From: Candidatus Poribacteria bacterium
Lineage (GTDB): Bacteria > Poribacteria > WGA-4E > WGA-3G
Length of the DNA: 64,000 nucleotides
Assembly (NCBI GenBank): GCA_965205025.1
Contig: CBDBFU010000012.1
Location: forward strand, 393,918-457,917
Direction of reading: 5' to 3'
Shown here: in pieces, positions 40,435-50,757 of the stretch
Position numbering within the stretch: the stretch's first letter is position 1
How the letters are laid out: each line of letters opens with the position of its first letter
Translations under genes and position numbers: made by a program
Notes under the pieces: generated by a model
What the model was told of the DNA's origin: nothing
The model's database searches: none
What the model saw: the letters and a program-made list of their open reading frames with translations, nothing else

Positions 40435-41298
40435 AATTCCTAACCAAACGACATTTCCTTCCATTTCTTCTATGACTTGTTCACATTCAAATCCATTCTC
40501 TTCCAATGTATCTTGGATAAGATCAAATTCCGTATTTAAAATACCAGAGAAAATCAGACTTCCATCAGGTTTGCACCTTGATTTACATTGAGGAATCATT
40601 GGAAGGATTGTCTTGGTAAGTATATTTCCAACAATAAGGTCATATACTTCATCAGTGATACATAATCCATCTCCTTCAAAAAGACGTACTTGTGATAGAA
40701 CATTGTTATTTGAGAAGTTCTCTTCAGCTACAGGAATTGCAGATGGATCAATTTCAATAGCATCTACACGACTTGCTCCTAATTTTATAGAGGCAATGCT
40801 GAGTATACCGGACCCTGTACCAATATCAGCTACAATATGGTTTGGTTTTATTGTCTTTTCAATAAGTCTTAAAGATAAACGTGTAGTAGGATGGTAACCG
40901 GTTCCGAATGCCATTCCTGGATCAATTATTATTGAAATGTCATTCTGATTATCAGATACATCATACCAGGATGGTACGATGTGTAATTGATTTCCAATTT
41001 TTTGAGGAGAATATGAAGATTTCCATGCTTGTTCCCAATCTTCCGATTCCACATTTTCTAATTCAATTTTGGTTGATTGTGATTCAATACCCCATGAAGG
41101 TAGTAGCGATATGAATTTTCGTAGTTTCTTTATACGAGTATTTACACGCTCATCTAATGGAAAATAAGCGATAATGGATGTTGTTTTGGAAGTGATATCT
41201 TTCAGTTCTAAGCCAATTGCGTTTATCTCAAAGAGATAGTTCGTAATTGCATCAGAAGCTTCTATAGAAGTGGTTACAATGAAACGTACCCAATTCAT
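40414..41298 (-). CDS. prmA: Ribosomal protein L11 methyltransferase
   Basis: IDPGMAFGTGYHPTT, DIGTGSGIL; follows dnaJ; start at MNWVRF. Confidence 0.92.
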   Translation of the reverse strand: MNWVRFIVTTSIEASDAITNYLFEINAIGLELKDITSKTTSIIAYFPLDERVNTRIKKLRKFISLLPSWGIESQSTKIELENVESEDWEQAWKSSYSPQKIGNQLHIVPSWYDVSDNQNDISIIIDPGMAFGTGYHPTTRLSLRLIEKTIKPNHIVADIGTGSGILSIASIKLGASRVDAIEIDPSAIPVAEENFSNNNVLSQVRLFEGDGLCITDEVYDLIVGNILTKTILPMIPQCKSRCKPDGSLIFSGILNTEFDLIQDTLEENGFECEQVIEEMEGNVVWLGILAGFFS

Positions 41299-41360
41299 AT
41301 TATGTTGTAAAATGGGTATTATGGAAAATGTATTAGTTTCAATGACAAACAATCAATATA

Positions 41361-42476
41361 TCATTCATCATTATGTCTAAACAATTTATCCCAGAATCCA
41401 CCATGTTCGGATCCGTGATCCTTCTCGTATAATTCTGCAAATTGTTGTAATGATTTACGTTGTTCATCATTAAGGTTCTTCGGGGTTACTATACCTATTT
41501 GCACAATTAGGTCCCCACTACCTGAACCCCGAATCTTTGGCATACCTTTGTTTGGTATTCTCAATTGATCTCCATATTGAGTGCCGGGAGGAATACTTAA
41601 CTTTTCAGGTCCATCTAAACTGTTGATTTCAATAGTACTTCCAAGGGTAGCTTGTACAAACGATACTTTAGCAGAAGTAAACAAGTCGTTACCATCTCTT
41701 GAATAATGGTCATGTGGTGTAATGTGGACAACTACCAGAAGGTCTCCAGATGGACCACCAAGAGATCCAGCTTCACCTTCACCTCGTAATCTATATTCAA
41801 ATCCATTATCCACACCCTTATCAACCTTGAGTTTAATCTCTCTTTGAACTCTAATTCTACCCTGTCCATTACATTTGTTACATGGGTTTGTAATAATCTG
41901 TCCTTCACCCCGACAACGAGGACAAGTCCTTGACATAGTAAAGAACCCTTGAGATTGAGAGATCTGTCCTCTTCCAAGGCATTCAGGACATGTATCTATA
42001 TTTGATCCTTTTTCAGATCCACTTCCCCTGCATTCTGGACAGGATTCTACGCGAGGAACTTCTATTGTCACTTCTTTACCATTGTAGGCATCCTCAAGTG
42101 ATATTTCAAGATTATACTGAAGACTCCGTCCCTGTTTAGGACGACTTTGAGACCTACCAAGTCCGCCAAATACATCGCCGAATACATCACTAAAAATGTC
42201 ATCTAAATTGAAACTAAAATCAAATCCAGATGATGAACCTTCAAGTCCAGCATGTCCATATTGATCATACCTTTGTCTCTTTTCGGGTGTACGCAATACG
42301 TCATAAGCTTCAGTGGCTTCTTTGAATCTCTCCTCAGCTTCTTGATCTCCAGGATTCTTGTCAGGATGATACTTAATCGCTAACTTTCTATATGCTTTTT
42401 TAATTTCTTCATCATCTGCATCCTGACTGACATCTAATACTTGATAATAATCCCTTTTTTGCATATTATTTTCCAA
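41361..42476 (-). CDS. dnaJ: Chaperone DnaJ
   Basis: HPD J-domain, G/F-rich region, four CxxCxGxG repeats. Confidence 0.96.
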   Translation of the reverse strand: MENNMQKRDYYQVLDVSQDADDEEIKKAYRKLAIKYHPDKNPGDQEAEERFKEATEAYDVLRTPEKRQRYDQYGHAGLEGSSSGFDFSFNLDDIFSDVFGDVFGGLGRSQSRPKQGRSLQYNLEISLEDAYNGKEVTIEVPRVESCPECRGSGSEKGSNIDTCPECLGRGQISQSQGFFTMSRTCPRCRGEGQIITNPCNKCNGQGRIRVQREIKLKVDKGVDNGFEYRLRGEGEAGSLGGPSGDLLVVVHITPHDHYSRDGNDLFTSAKVSFVQATLGSTIEINSLDGPEKLSIPPGTQYGDQLRIPNKGMPKIRGSGSGDLIVQIGIVTPKNLNDEQRKSLQQFAELYEKDHGSEHGGFWDKLFRHNDE

Positions 42477-42501
42477 TATGTAACTTCTATAATGTTAGTT
42501 T

Positions 42502-43218
42502 CTATTCTTCGGATTCGTCAATATTTCCATCTGTCTTTTCATCTAATGATTGAATTTCTGGTAATCCTTTTGACACTATTACTTGTGAGGCACGGAGAAT
42601 ACGATCATGCAATTTGTATCCAGTTCTTAGTTCTTCTATAATATTGCCTTCTGGAATTTCATCAGATTCAGTTGCAAAAACTGATTCATGTATATTTGGA
42701 TCAAATATTTCACCGAAGGCTTCAATTGGAACTAATCCATTAGTTTTTAATACATCCATTAGTTGCTTATATACTAACTCAACACCTTCAGAAAAAGTCA
42801 ATAACTGGGATTCAGAATCATATTCATCAACCTTTTCATTGATGCTTTTAATCGCTGCATTAAGACTATCTAAAACTGGAATGATTCCTTTGATTATATT
42901 CTCATTAGCAAATTTAAGGTGTTTTTCTGATTCACTTTCAAGTCTTCTTTTTGAATTCTCTGCCTCAGCAACAGTACGTAATAATCTCTCTCTTTCCTCC
43001 TCATATTGAATTCTTTCAGATTCAGCAACTTCTTCCAATTGCTGTTTATGTTGTACTTGTATACTCTCAATTTGATCTAATAACGATTCTACAGTTGATT
43101 CGGACATTACCTCCTCAACTTCGTTAGAATCATCACTCTCTTCTTGAGATGCTGTCTCATCCGGTTCTTCATTCTCGTTTGTTTCTTCTTCTACATTAAT
43201 ATCATTATTTTCAGACAT
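42502..43218 (-). CDS. grpE: Nucleotide exchange factor GrpE
   Basis: AEAENSKRR, FDPNIHE, GYKLHDRILRASQV. Confidence 0.93.
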   Translation of the reverse strand: MSENNDINVEEETNENEEPDETASQEESDDSNEVEEVMSESTVESLLDQIESIQVQHKQQLEEVAESERIQYEEERERLLRTVAEAENSKRRLESESEKHLKFANENIIKGIIPVLDSLNAAIKSINEKVDEYDSESQLLTFSEGVELVYKQLMDVLKTNGLVPIEAFGEIFDPNIHESVFATESDEIPEGNIIEELRTGYKLHDRILRASQVIVSKGLPEIQSLDEKTDGNIDESEE

Positions 43219-43310
43219 AATGTACTACCTCAAAATTAAATTCTAAAATAAGATTCTACAATGTGGTACTGTGTATATTCTCAAAAATATAAGTATTCTG
43301 TTCAACAGAT

Positions 43311-44060
43311 CTAAATACCATGAACTGCATTTGCAAATTGTTTCATTATCTTAGCTGAATCACATTCTTCCAATATATTCCCTGTGACGACAAAATCTGC
43401 CCCCGCCTTGACTAATTTATGTGCCATATCCGGAGTTCTTATCCCACCACCAACTATCAATGGTATGTTTATTTGCTTCTTTACATGAGATATCATCTGA
43501 TTTGGTACAGGTAAATCAGCACCGCTACCTGCCTCTAAATAGACTAATTTCATACCAAGATATTCAGCCGCCAATGCATGTGGTCCCGCAATATCAGGTT
43601 GATCCCTTGGTATTGGAACAGTTCCACTCATAAATTCTACAGCAGTACGGTTACCACCATCTATCAATATATATCCAGTAGGAATTGGTTCCAATGAATA
43701 ACGTTGAATCAATGGGGCAGCTTTTACTTGTTCACCAATTAGGTAGTTAGGGTTTCTCCCACTAATCAAACTTATATAAAGTATAGCATCTGCATGTGGA
43801 GTCAAATGAGTCGAATCCCCAGGAAACAAGATTATAGGAAGTGTTATTTCTTTTTTTAGTGATTCTACAATTGGATGAAGATCACAAGTCAGTAGACTCC
43901 CACCTACTAATATTGCATCTGCACCGGCATTCTCAATTTCACGAGATATCTTACTACAATTCTCAAGCTTACATTTTTCTGGGTCAATCAATACAAAATA
44001 ACCAGCATTTTTTTTTGTAAGTATATCTTGTAAGTATTTTAACACCCAAAAAGATAACAA
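43311..44060 (-). CDS. Geranylgeranylglyceryl/heptaprenylglyceryl phosphate synthase (group II GGGPS-like)
   Basis: LIDP, ILVGGS, ILFPG, LISGRNP.YLIGEQ, YLEAGSGA, VGGGIR. Confidence 0.88.
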   Translation of the reverse strand: MLSFWVLKYLQDILTKKNAGYFVLIDPEKCKLENCSKISREIENAGADAILVGGSLLTCDLHPIVESLKKEITLPIILFPGDSTHLTPHADAILYISLISGRNPNYLIGEQVKAAPLIQRYSLEPIPTGYILIDGGNRTAVEFMSGTVPIPRDQPDIAGPHALAAEYLGMKLVYLEAGSGADLPVPNQMISHVKKQINIPLIVGGGIRTPDMAHKLVKAGADFVVTGNILEECDSAKIMKQFANAVHGI

Positions 44061-44222
44061 ATGCGTTGATTCCCTGGTATATTGACCTAAGAAAATCTAT
44101 TCTACAAAAACATGTTTAGCAGAATAGATTTAAGATGTAAACTTATAATATATTAGGTTAATATATACATCTTCTATTTACTTGTGGATAGTCCACACTT
44201 ATTTTACAGGTGATTTTCTTCT

Positions 44223-44244
44223 GTAGGAGCGACCTCCTGGTCGC
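44223..44244 (+). repeat. GTAG-type REP palindrome
   Basis: GTAGGA then GCGACC-TCCT-GGTCGC. Confidence 0.55.
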
Positions 44245-44442
44245 GACATGATTTATTGATACAATCAATTTTTGTCTGGACTCCCCACTAACCTAAAGTA
44301 AATCATTAAACCTAAGTAATTAAATTAAACAAATTCTTAGTAAGATTGCCATTCTAACTAAGTAAATTTTACACTCAAGAGTGCAGTTTGTCAAATTCTA
44401 TACAGAACTTTGTAATAGATCCATAATCACATAAAGTGTAAT

Positions 44443-45801
44443 TTATAAGATCAAATCACGCATATAAACAGCTATAAAGAAGATAGCAAAATAATGAACC
44501 ATTGGACTAACATCTTTGCTTCGACCAGTCACTATCTTCAAGAATGACATTGAAATGAAACCAAATGCAATCCCTTCTGTAATACTAAAAGCCAACGGCA
44601 TCATCACTACAGTTAATGCTGCTGGAATCGCTTCAGTAAAATCATCCCAGTTAATATTGACCAGATCTTTAAGCATTAATCCACCTACAACTATCAAAGC
44701 AGGACCAATTATTGGGTAAAGGGGTATTGGACTTCCTGGTGGCTGAATTCCATCACCTACTATACTGATTAATGGGTTGAAAAACAACGCAACCAACATC
44801 AATATTCCAGTTACTATAGTAGTTAAACCTGTCCGTCCTCCTTCAGCAATTCCTGATGCACTTTCTATATAACATGTAACTGTAGATGTACCAAGACAAG
44901 CACCCCCAACAGAACCGATCGCATCTGTTAATAATGCTTGACGACCTTTTGATAATTTTCCATCTTCATGTAGATCTGCTTCATGACCTGTGGCTGTGAG
45001 TGTACCTATACTATCGAACATGTCCACAGAAAAGAAGAAGAATATGTAGGGAATCAATTCAACGATTTTCAATAAATTTGGAATACGCAGCTTAAATAAT
45101 GTGGGTTCAATTGATGGTGGAACTGCCACAATACCTTTATATTTTACTATACCAAAGATAATTGAGACAATTGCTGTAGCAAAAATTCCAATTAACATTG
45201 CTCCTCGAACCCGATGTGCCATAAGTGTAAGGATTATGAGTATTCCAAAGATAGAGATTATTACCGGTGTAGATTGGATATCACCCAGTGTAACAAATGT
45301 TGCTGGATGTGAGGTAATGATCCCTGACATTCGAAGACCAATAAATGCTATAAACGCACCTATTCCAACTGCAATTGCGTTATGTAAGGAGGATGGTAGA
45401 GCATTCATCACAGCAGCACGTAAACCTACAAATGACAGTATGACAAATAACATACCTGACAAAAAGACTATGCTTAATGCATACTCCCATTGTAACCCGA
45501 GACCCTGATTGGAACAGATTTCATAAACAAAGTAGGTATTAATCCCCATTCCAGGTGCTAAGGCTACTGGATAATTTGTCAGAAACGCCATTAGGAAACA
45601 CGCTCCTGCGCTTGAGATACACGTGGCAACCATTACTGCACCCGGATCCATACCTGCATCCCTAAGAAAAAATGGCTGGACAAAGATAATATATGACATG
45701 GTCATGAATGTGGTACATCCAGCAACGATTTCTTGTTTAATTGTTGTATGATTTGTCTTTAGTTTAAATAACTTTTCTAACATGTCTCCCCCAATATTCA
45801 C
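44443..45801 (-). CDS. NCS2/AzgA family nucleobase permease
   Basis: TTFMTMSYII, LAPGMG, YIESASG..EGGRTGLT. Confidence 0.9.
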   Translation of the reverse strand: MNIGGDMLEKLFKLKTNHTTIKQEIVAGCTTFMTMSYIIFVQPFFLRDAGMDPGAVMVATCISSAGACFLMAFLTNYPVALAPGMGINTYFVYEICSNQGLGLQWEYALSIVFLSGMLFVILSFVGLRAAVMNALPSSLHNAIAVGIGAFIAFIGLRMSGIITSHPATFVTLGDIQSTPVIISIFGILIILTLMAHRVRGAMLIGIFATAIVSIIFGIVKYKGIVAVPPSIEPTLFKLRIPNLLKIVELIPYIFFFFSVDMFDSIGTLTATGHEADLHEDGKLSKGRQALLTDAIGSVGGACLGTSTVTCYIESASGIAEGGRTGLTTIVTGILMLVALFFNPLISIVGDGIQPPGSPIPLYPIIGPALIVVGGLMLKDLVNINWDDFTEAIPAALTVVMMPLAFSITEGIAFGFISMSFLKIVTGRSKDVSPMVHYFAIFFIAVYMRDLIL

Positions 45802-45861
45802 TCAAAATTGCAATCCTATTACTAAATGTTGAATATCCCATGTTATTTCTAATATATATAA

Positions 45862-46119
45862 TACCATTTCTAATTGAAATGTCTCTTTTTTGTACCACAA
45901 ACTTTATGAGGATTAAGTAAATATTTCGCTAATTCTATTTTTCCCACACCCGGTAGGTGCGGTTTCCTAACCACGGGAAATGCTATATAGCATTCATACC
46001 GTTGATTTGGATCTTTCTACAAATTACCGAATTTAAAAATTAATCTTCATTCAGTTTGTAACCTGAAAAATGACTACCATAATAACCGCCTAATGAGACA
46101 ATAAGTTATAGAAATGGTA
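45862..46119. mobile_element. Composite MITE with four nested layers
   Basis: TACCATTTCT TIRs with TAA duplication > IS630-derived MITE 45906-46050 > REP > 33-bp insert 45975-46007. Confidence 0.78.
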
Positions 46120-46216
46120 TAACAACTAAATGTATATTTTGTTGAATAATTATGTAACTGAAGATAAATAGAAATTCAAGGCTTGAATAGATAGATTATT
46201 AATTATCTCTACATTC

Positions 46217-46250
46217 TTATAGGCAAGAATAGAATTACCCTTGCCTATAA
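46217..46250 (-). terminator. Hairpin downstream of pckG
   Basis: TTATAGGCAAG-N12-CTTGCCTATAA. Confidence 0.45.
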
Positions 46251-46259
46251 TCGCCTTTA

Positions 46260-48053
46260 TTAATTTGATTCACGTAAACGACTTTCCAATGCATCTAATT
46301 GGTCTGTCAATACTTCTGGTAATTTCTCCTCAAAACGTTTATAGTGTTCACGAATTGATTCAATCTCATTAAGCCATTCTTCTGAATTGACATTTAACAG
46401 TTCTTGCATCTGTTCATCTGTAACATCAAGACCGTCAGTGTCAATACTGCCTTCGCAAGGAACAAAACCAATTGGTGTTTCAACTGCATCTTCTTTTCCA
46501 GTGATTCTTTCTACTATCCACTTAAGAACACGACTGTTTTCACCAAATCCAGGCCATAGCCATCCACCATCAGAATCTTTTCGGAACCAATTAACATAGA
46601 ATATTCGAGGTAATTTCTCAGTATCAGTCTTTTTACCCATTTCTAACCAATGTGCAAAATAGTCTCCCATGTTATAACCACAGAAAGGTAACATTGCCAT
46701 TGGATCTCTTCGTAGTTCTCCCACAGTATCTGCGGCAGCAGCAGTTCTTTCTGATGATGCAATTGAACCAATAAATGTCCCATGTTGCCAGTTAAATGCT
46801 TCAAACACCAACGGAATAGTAGAAGCACGTCGGCCTCCAAATAGAATAGCAGAGATAGGGACACCATTTGGATTTTCCCAATTCGGATCAATTATAGGAC
46901 ATTGTGCTGCAGGTGTTGTGTACCGTGCATTTGGATGTGCAGCAGTTTTTTCATCTCCTGGATGCCATTCTTCTCCAAGCCAACTAATTGCAGATTCTGG
47001 AGGATCATCACTCATCTCTTCCCACCAAACATCAGTATCCGGGGTTAATGCAGCATTCGTAAAGATTGAATTAGAACCAAGGGTATGCATTGCATTTGGA
47101 TTCGTTTCCATTGATGTACCAGGAGCAACACCAAAAAATCCAGCTTCAGGGTTAATGGCATAAAGCCGTCCATCCTCACCGAATTTCATCCAAGCAATAT
47201 CATCACCAATCGTCTCTGCTTTCCAACCAGGGATAGTTGGAGTCAACATAGCAAGATTCGTTTTACCACATGCACTTGGAAAAGCAGCTGCTATATAACT
47301 CTTTTCTCCCTCAGGACTGGTTAAACCTAAAATTAGCATGTGTTCTGCCATCCATCCATCGTTCTTCGCCATAATAGAGGCGATTCTAAGAGCATAACAT
47401 TTCTTGCCAAGTAGAGCATTCCCACCGTAACCACTACCATAAGACCAAATAGAACGTTCTTCTGGAAAATGTACAATGTATTTATTATCGGGATCACACG
47501 GCCATGATACATCATCTTGACCATCTTCAAGTGGCATCCCTACTGAATGTGTACAAGGGACAAAATCTCCATCTTCACCTAATACATCTAAAACATCCTT
47601 ACCCATTCGCGTCATAATACGCATATTTACAACAACGTATGGTGAATCACTAATTTCCACACCAATATGTGATATTGGTGAACCTAATGGTCCCATACTA
47701 AATGGAACGACATACATTGTACGACCTTTCATACATCCTTTGAAAAGTCCTTGTAATGTTGCCTTCATCTCTACCGGATCATGCCAATTGTTAGTCGGAC
47801 CTGCCTCAGCTGGGTTTTTAGCACAAATGAACGTTCTACCTTCTACACGGGCTACATCCGCAGGATTAGAACGTGCAAGATAACTACCAGGTCGTTTGTC
47901 AGGATTTAAACGAACAAAAGTTCCATTTTGAACTAATAGTTCACATAACCTATCATTTTCTTCCTGGGAGCCATCGCACCAATAAACTTCATCGGGTTGG
48001 CATAACTCCGCTGTTTCTTTTACCCAACTGAGCAATTTACTATTGTTTGTCAT
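46260..48053 (-). CDS. pckG: Phosphoenolpyruvate carboxykinase (GTP)
   Basis: [49 protein letters not shown]. Confidence 0.96.
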   Translation of the reverse strand: MTNNSKLLSWVKETAELCQPDEVYWCDGSQEENDRLCELLVQNGTFVRLNPDKRPGSYLARSNPADVARVEGRTFICAKNPAEAGPTNNWHDPVEMKATLQGLFKGCMKGRTMYVVPFSMGPLGSPISHIGVEISDSPYVVVNMRIMTRMGKDVLDVLGEDGDFVPCTHSVGMPLEDGQDDVSWPCDPDNKYIVHFPEERSIWSYGSGYGGNALLGKKCYALRIASIMAKNDGWMAEHMLILGLTSPEGEKSYIAAAFPSACGKTNLAMLTPTIPGWKAETIGDDIAWMKFGEDGRLYAINPEAGFFGVAPGTSMETNPNAMHTLGSNSIFTNAALTPDTDVWWEEMSDDPPESAISWLGEEWHPGDEKTAAHPNARYTTPAAQCPIIDPNWENPNGVPISAILFGGRRASTIPLVFEAFNWQHGTFIGSIASSERTAAAADTVGELRRDPMAMLPFCGYNMGDYFAHWLEMGKKTDTEKLPRIFYVNWFRKDSDGGWLWPGFGENSRVLKWIVERITGKEDAVETPIGFVPCEGSIDTDGLDVTDEQMQELLNVNSEEWLNEIESIREHYKRFEEKLPEVLTDQLDALESRLRESN

Positions 48054-48224
48054 CCAATTCTCCTTATTATATTATAGGAATATACTATCATAGAATTTAG
48101 ATTCTGACAATTACTATGTTTAGATCAGAGTATTTTTCCTGCAATGTTTAATAATTAAATGGGTTATTATAACAAGACGTATTTATACTTAATTTTGTTG
48201 AATTAACATCAAAATCCTATTTTA

Positions 48225-48384
48225 ACGTGAGTTTGATAAATAGTTAGACTTCCACATTTCCTCTTAAAGTCCCCCTGATAAGGGGGATTTAGGGGGTTAA
48301 AAACACCAAAATGACGATTTTTTCACGAAATATGCCCGTTCTCTGTTCAATTTGACTCTGTCCTGTTAATTGTCAAACTCACGT
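48225..48384. mobile_element. ACGTGAGTTTGA MITE enclosing a CCCCCTGATAAGGGGG hairpin
   Basis: TIR ACGTGAGTTTGA / TCAAACTCACGT; direct repeat TATTTTA. Confidence 0.7.
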
Positions 48385-48391
48385 TATTTTA

Positions 48392-50263
48392 TTAAAATGC
48401 AGCACCTAATTTCACATGTATTTTTCCTTTAAGTGCCGATTCTCCAGCAGCCAATCCATAATCCATTTGTATAATACCACCTTTAGATTCTAATCTTACT
48501 CCAAACCCATATCCCACTCTAAGTCTGTCAAAATCTGATGGACGTTCAATAGAGGTAACTGACCCTGAATCAAGAAAAGCAAATATCTGAGAATTACTGC
48601 CTATTAAAAACCTATATTCAAGATTAGAATATATTCTTTTTGTTCCAGAAAACCAATCTTCATCATATCCACGTAATGTTGAGGCACCACCTAAATAGAA
48701 TAATTCAGTAGGTGGAAAGTTGATCCCCCATGCAGCAGCAAGATGAAGTTCAAGTGCAACGATCTGATTCTCCCATGTTTTGAAATACTGCTGGAGATCT
48801 AACCATGCTTTTCTAAGTTTAAAATCACTATGTGATATTTCAAACGCCAAACTATCCCGCCTGCCGCGTGTAGGATTCAGGAAATAGTCTCTGGAGTCAC
48901 GAGTTATTCTTAGAGTTAAACTATATTTAGAACCATTTTCCGTCACAGGCGTAAAATTCTCAAATAAGGTAGATTCAAGAGTATTAATTGTATTATCTTG
49001 TGGATAATTACTCGATTGTATCGGGTATCCCGAAAAGTTAATCAGTTTATATCCGAGAACAATATCACTCTCATAAAATCTACCTAATGATTTATTAGCG
49101 CTTATGTTCGCTGCTTTCTCTTCAGATTCTAACTCATTGTTCCTATTAAATTGTTCTAATTGACTATAAGACAACCCCAAGGTAAATGGTCGTCCAAATA
49201 TCCACGGTTCTTTATATCCAACACTTAAGGATTTAAGTAAACCAGATTTCCAAAAGAAATTTGCAACTCTGCCTGTTCCCAATAGATTTGTATCCTGTAC
49301 TTCGACAATTCCAGTTAATTGAGGTAAATCATCAGACCCTTCTAAAGGAGGGGCATATCCAAGGACAAGAATTAAACGACCTGTTCGTGCTTCAACAACC
49401 TTTGGATGTATAATGAATTTATTTTCCTTTTTTCCTGCTTCTAATATATTGGGTTGTATACTATGGAAGAAACCTATATTACGTAAATTATGGTATGTCT
49501 GATCTATTTTTCTCTGATTATAAATATCATTTTCTTTAAATGGGATTTCTCTTAGTACAACATTGGGTTTTGTCTTCTTGAGACCACTTATTTTCAATTC
49601 CCCTAATCTAACCTTACTTCCTTCACGTATCCTTAACGATAAGTCAATTGAACCATTTTCTTTTGATATATTAATACTATCTGTTTCAATTTCAATGAAA
49701 GGGTAACCATGTTCACTATAAAGTAATTGAACTCTTTCAATACCTTTTTCAAGCAATTTCTGTGTAAAGTACTCACCATGTTTAAGTCCCAGATATCGTA
49801 TGATTTTAGATTCTGAAATCAACTCACTACCTGATATACTCAGATATCCAATACGAAGTTTCTTACCTTCATTCAAATGTATGTCAAGAATAACAGAATT
49901 TGGACTATCTGTGGTTTCGATAATTTCAGGTTCAACATTTATGAATACAAAACCGTCTTTCTTATATCCTTCTAAAATTCCATTGAAACCTTTGTTTATT
50001 TCCGATACCGTATATTCTTTATCTCTTGTCCATCCAAAAAGAGTAAGTAATTTATTTCTTTTGAAATGTTTGTTACCATCAAATTTGATTCGAGAAATAA
50101 TGTATGTTTTTTCTGAAATATCACTTTCAATTGAAATGTCTGATTTTCCTTTTTCTATATCAACAACATCTTCCATTCCAAATACTCGATCATTTAAAAT
50201 AAATAGACTCAAAACAAGACAACTTGTAAACATAACTATTAATCTATTATATGTAATAAACAT
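48392..50263 (-). CDS. Omp85 (BamA/TamA) family outer-membrane protein
   Basis: POTRA-like repeats, FYLGG..LRGY, GYGFGVR, terminal Phe. Confidence 0.88.
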   Translation of the reverse strand: MFITYNRLIVMFTSCLVLSLFILNDRVFGMEDVVDIEKGKSDISIESDISEKTYIISRIKFDGNKHFKRNKLLTLFGWTRDKEYTVSEINKGFNGILEGYKKDGFVFINVEPEIIETTDSPNSVILDIHLNEGKKLRIGYLSISGSELISESKIIRYLGLKHGEYFTQKLLEKGIERVQLLYSEHGYPFIEIETDSINISKENGSIDLSLRIREGSKVRLGELKISGLKKTKPNVVLREIPFKENDIYNQRKIDQTYHNLRNIGFFHSIQPNILEAGKKENKFIIHPKVVEARTGRLILVLGYAPPLEGSDDLPQLTGIVEVQDTNLLGTGRVANFFWKSGLLKSLSVGYKEPWIFGRPFTLGLSYSQLEQFNRNNELESEEKAANISANKSLGRFYESDIVLGYKLINFSGYPIQSSNYPQDNTINTLESTLFENFTPVTENGSKYSLTLRITRDSRDYFLNPTRGRRDSLAFEISHSDFKLRKAWLDLQQYFKTWENQIVALELHLAAAWGINFPPTELFYLGGASTLRGYDEDWFSGTKRIYSNLEYRFLIGSNSQIFAFLDSGSVTSIERPSDFDRLRVGYGFGVRLESKGGIIQMDYGLAAGESALKGKIHVKLGAAF

Positions 50264-50340
50264 GATAGAGTACCCTGCAATATAACTTTATTGAATATAT
50301 TACCATATTCCTCTATGTATATACAATTCAACAACATGTC

Positions 50341-50654
50341 AGGGGTGTGTAAACTTTTTGTCACTTTACAACAATGTTTCTTATAAAAACGAATCGTTCG
50401 TACAGATATAATTCTTCTTCTGTAGGAGAGAACTCCGACTCCCAACTCTTGCGTAATCCGTGATTCAGAAAAAACACCTCTTTGTACCACAAACTTTTAG
50501 TTTGTGATCTTACTCCTTCCCCTCCCCAAACCCTCTTATCCGCGTAATCTGTGTAATCTGTGATCCAGACAACTCAAACATACATAAAAATAAACTATTC
50601 TCACTAAATTGATACCTATTGACACCAAAGGTGACAAATTATTTACACACCCCT
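50341..50654. mobile_element. Probable MITE with AGGGGTGTGTAAA TIRs (IS256-like ends)
   Basis: 13-bp perfect inverted ends; contains a GTAG REP-like unit and GTAATC(C/T)GTG repeats; no target duplication seen. Confidence 0.45.
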
Positions 50655-50757
50655 TATATCTTATATTCTTGACATAATCTTGAATATGTAGTAATATATG
50701 TAGTCGTATGTAGAAAAAATAATATATATCCACATTATTCTTATTAATCATCAGGAG

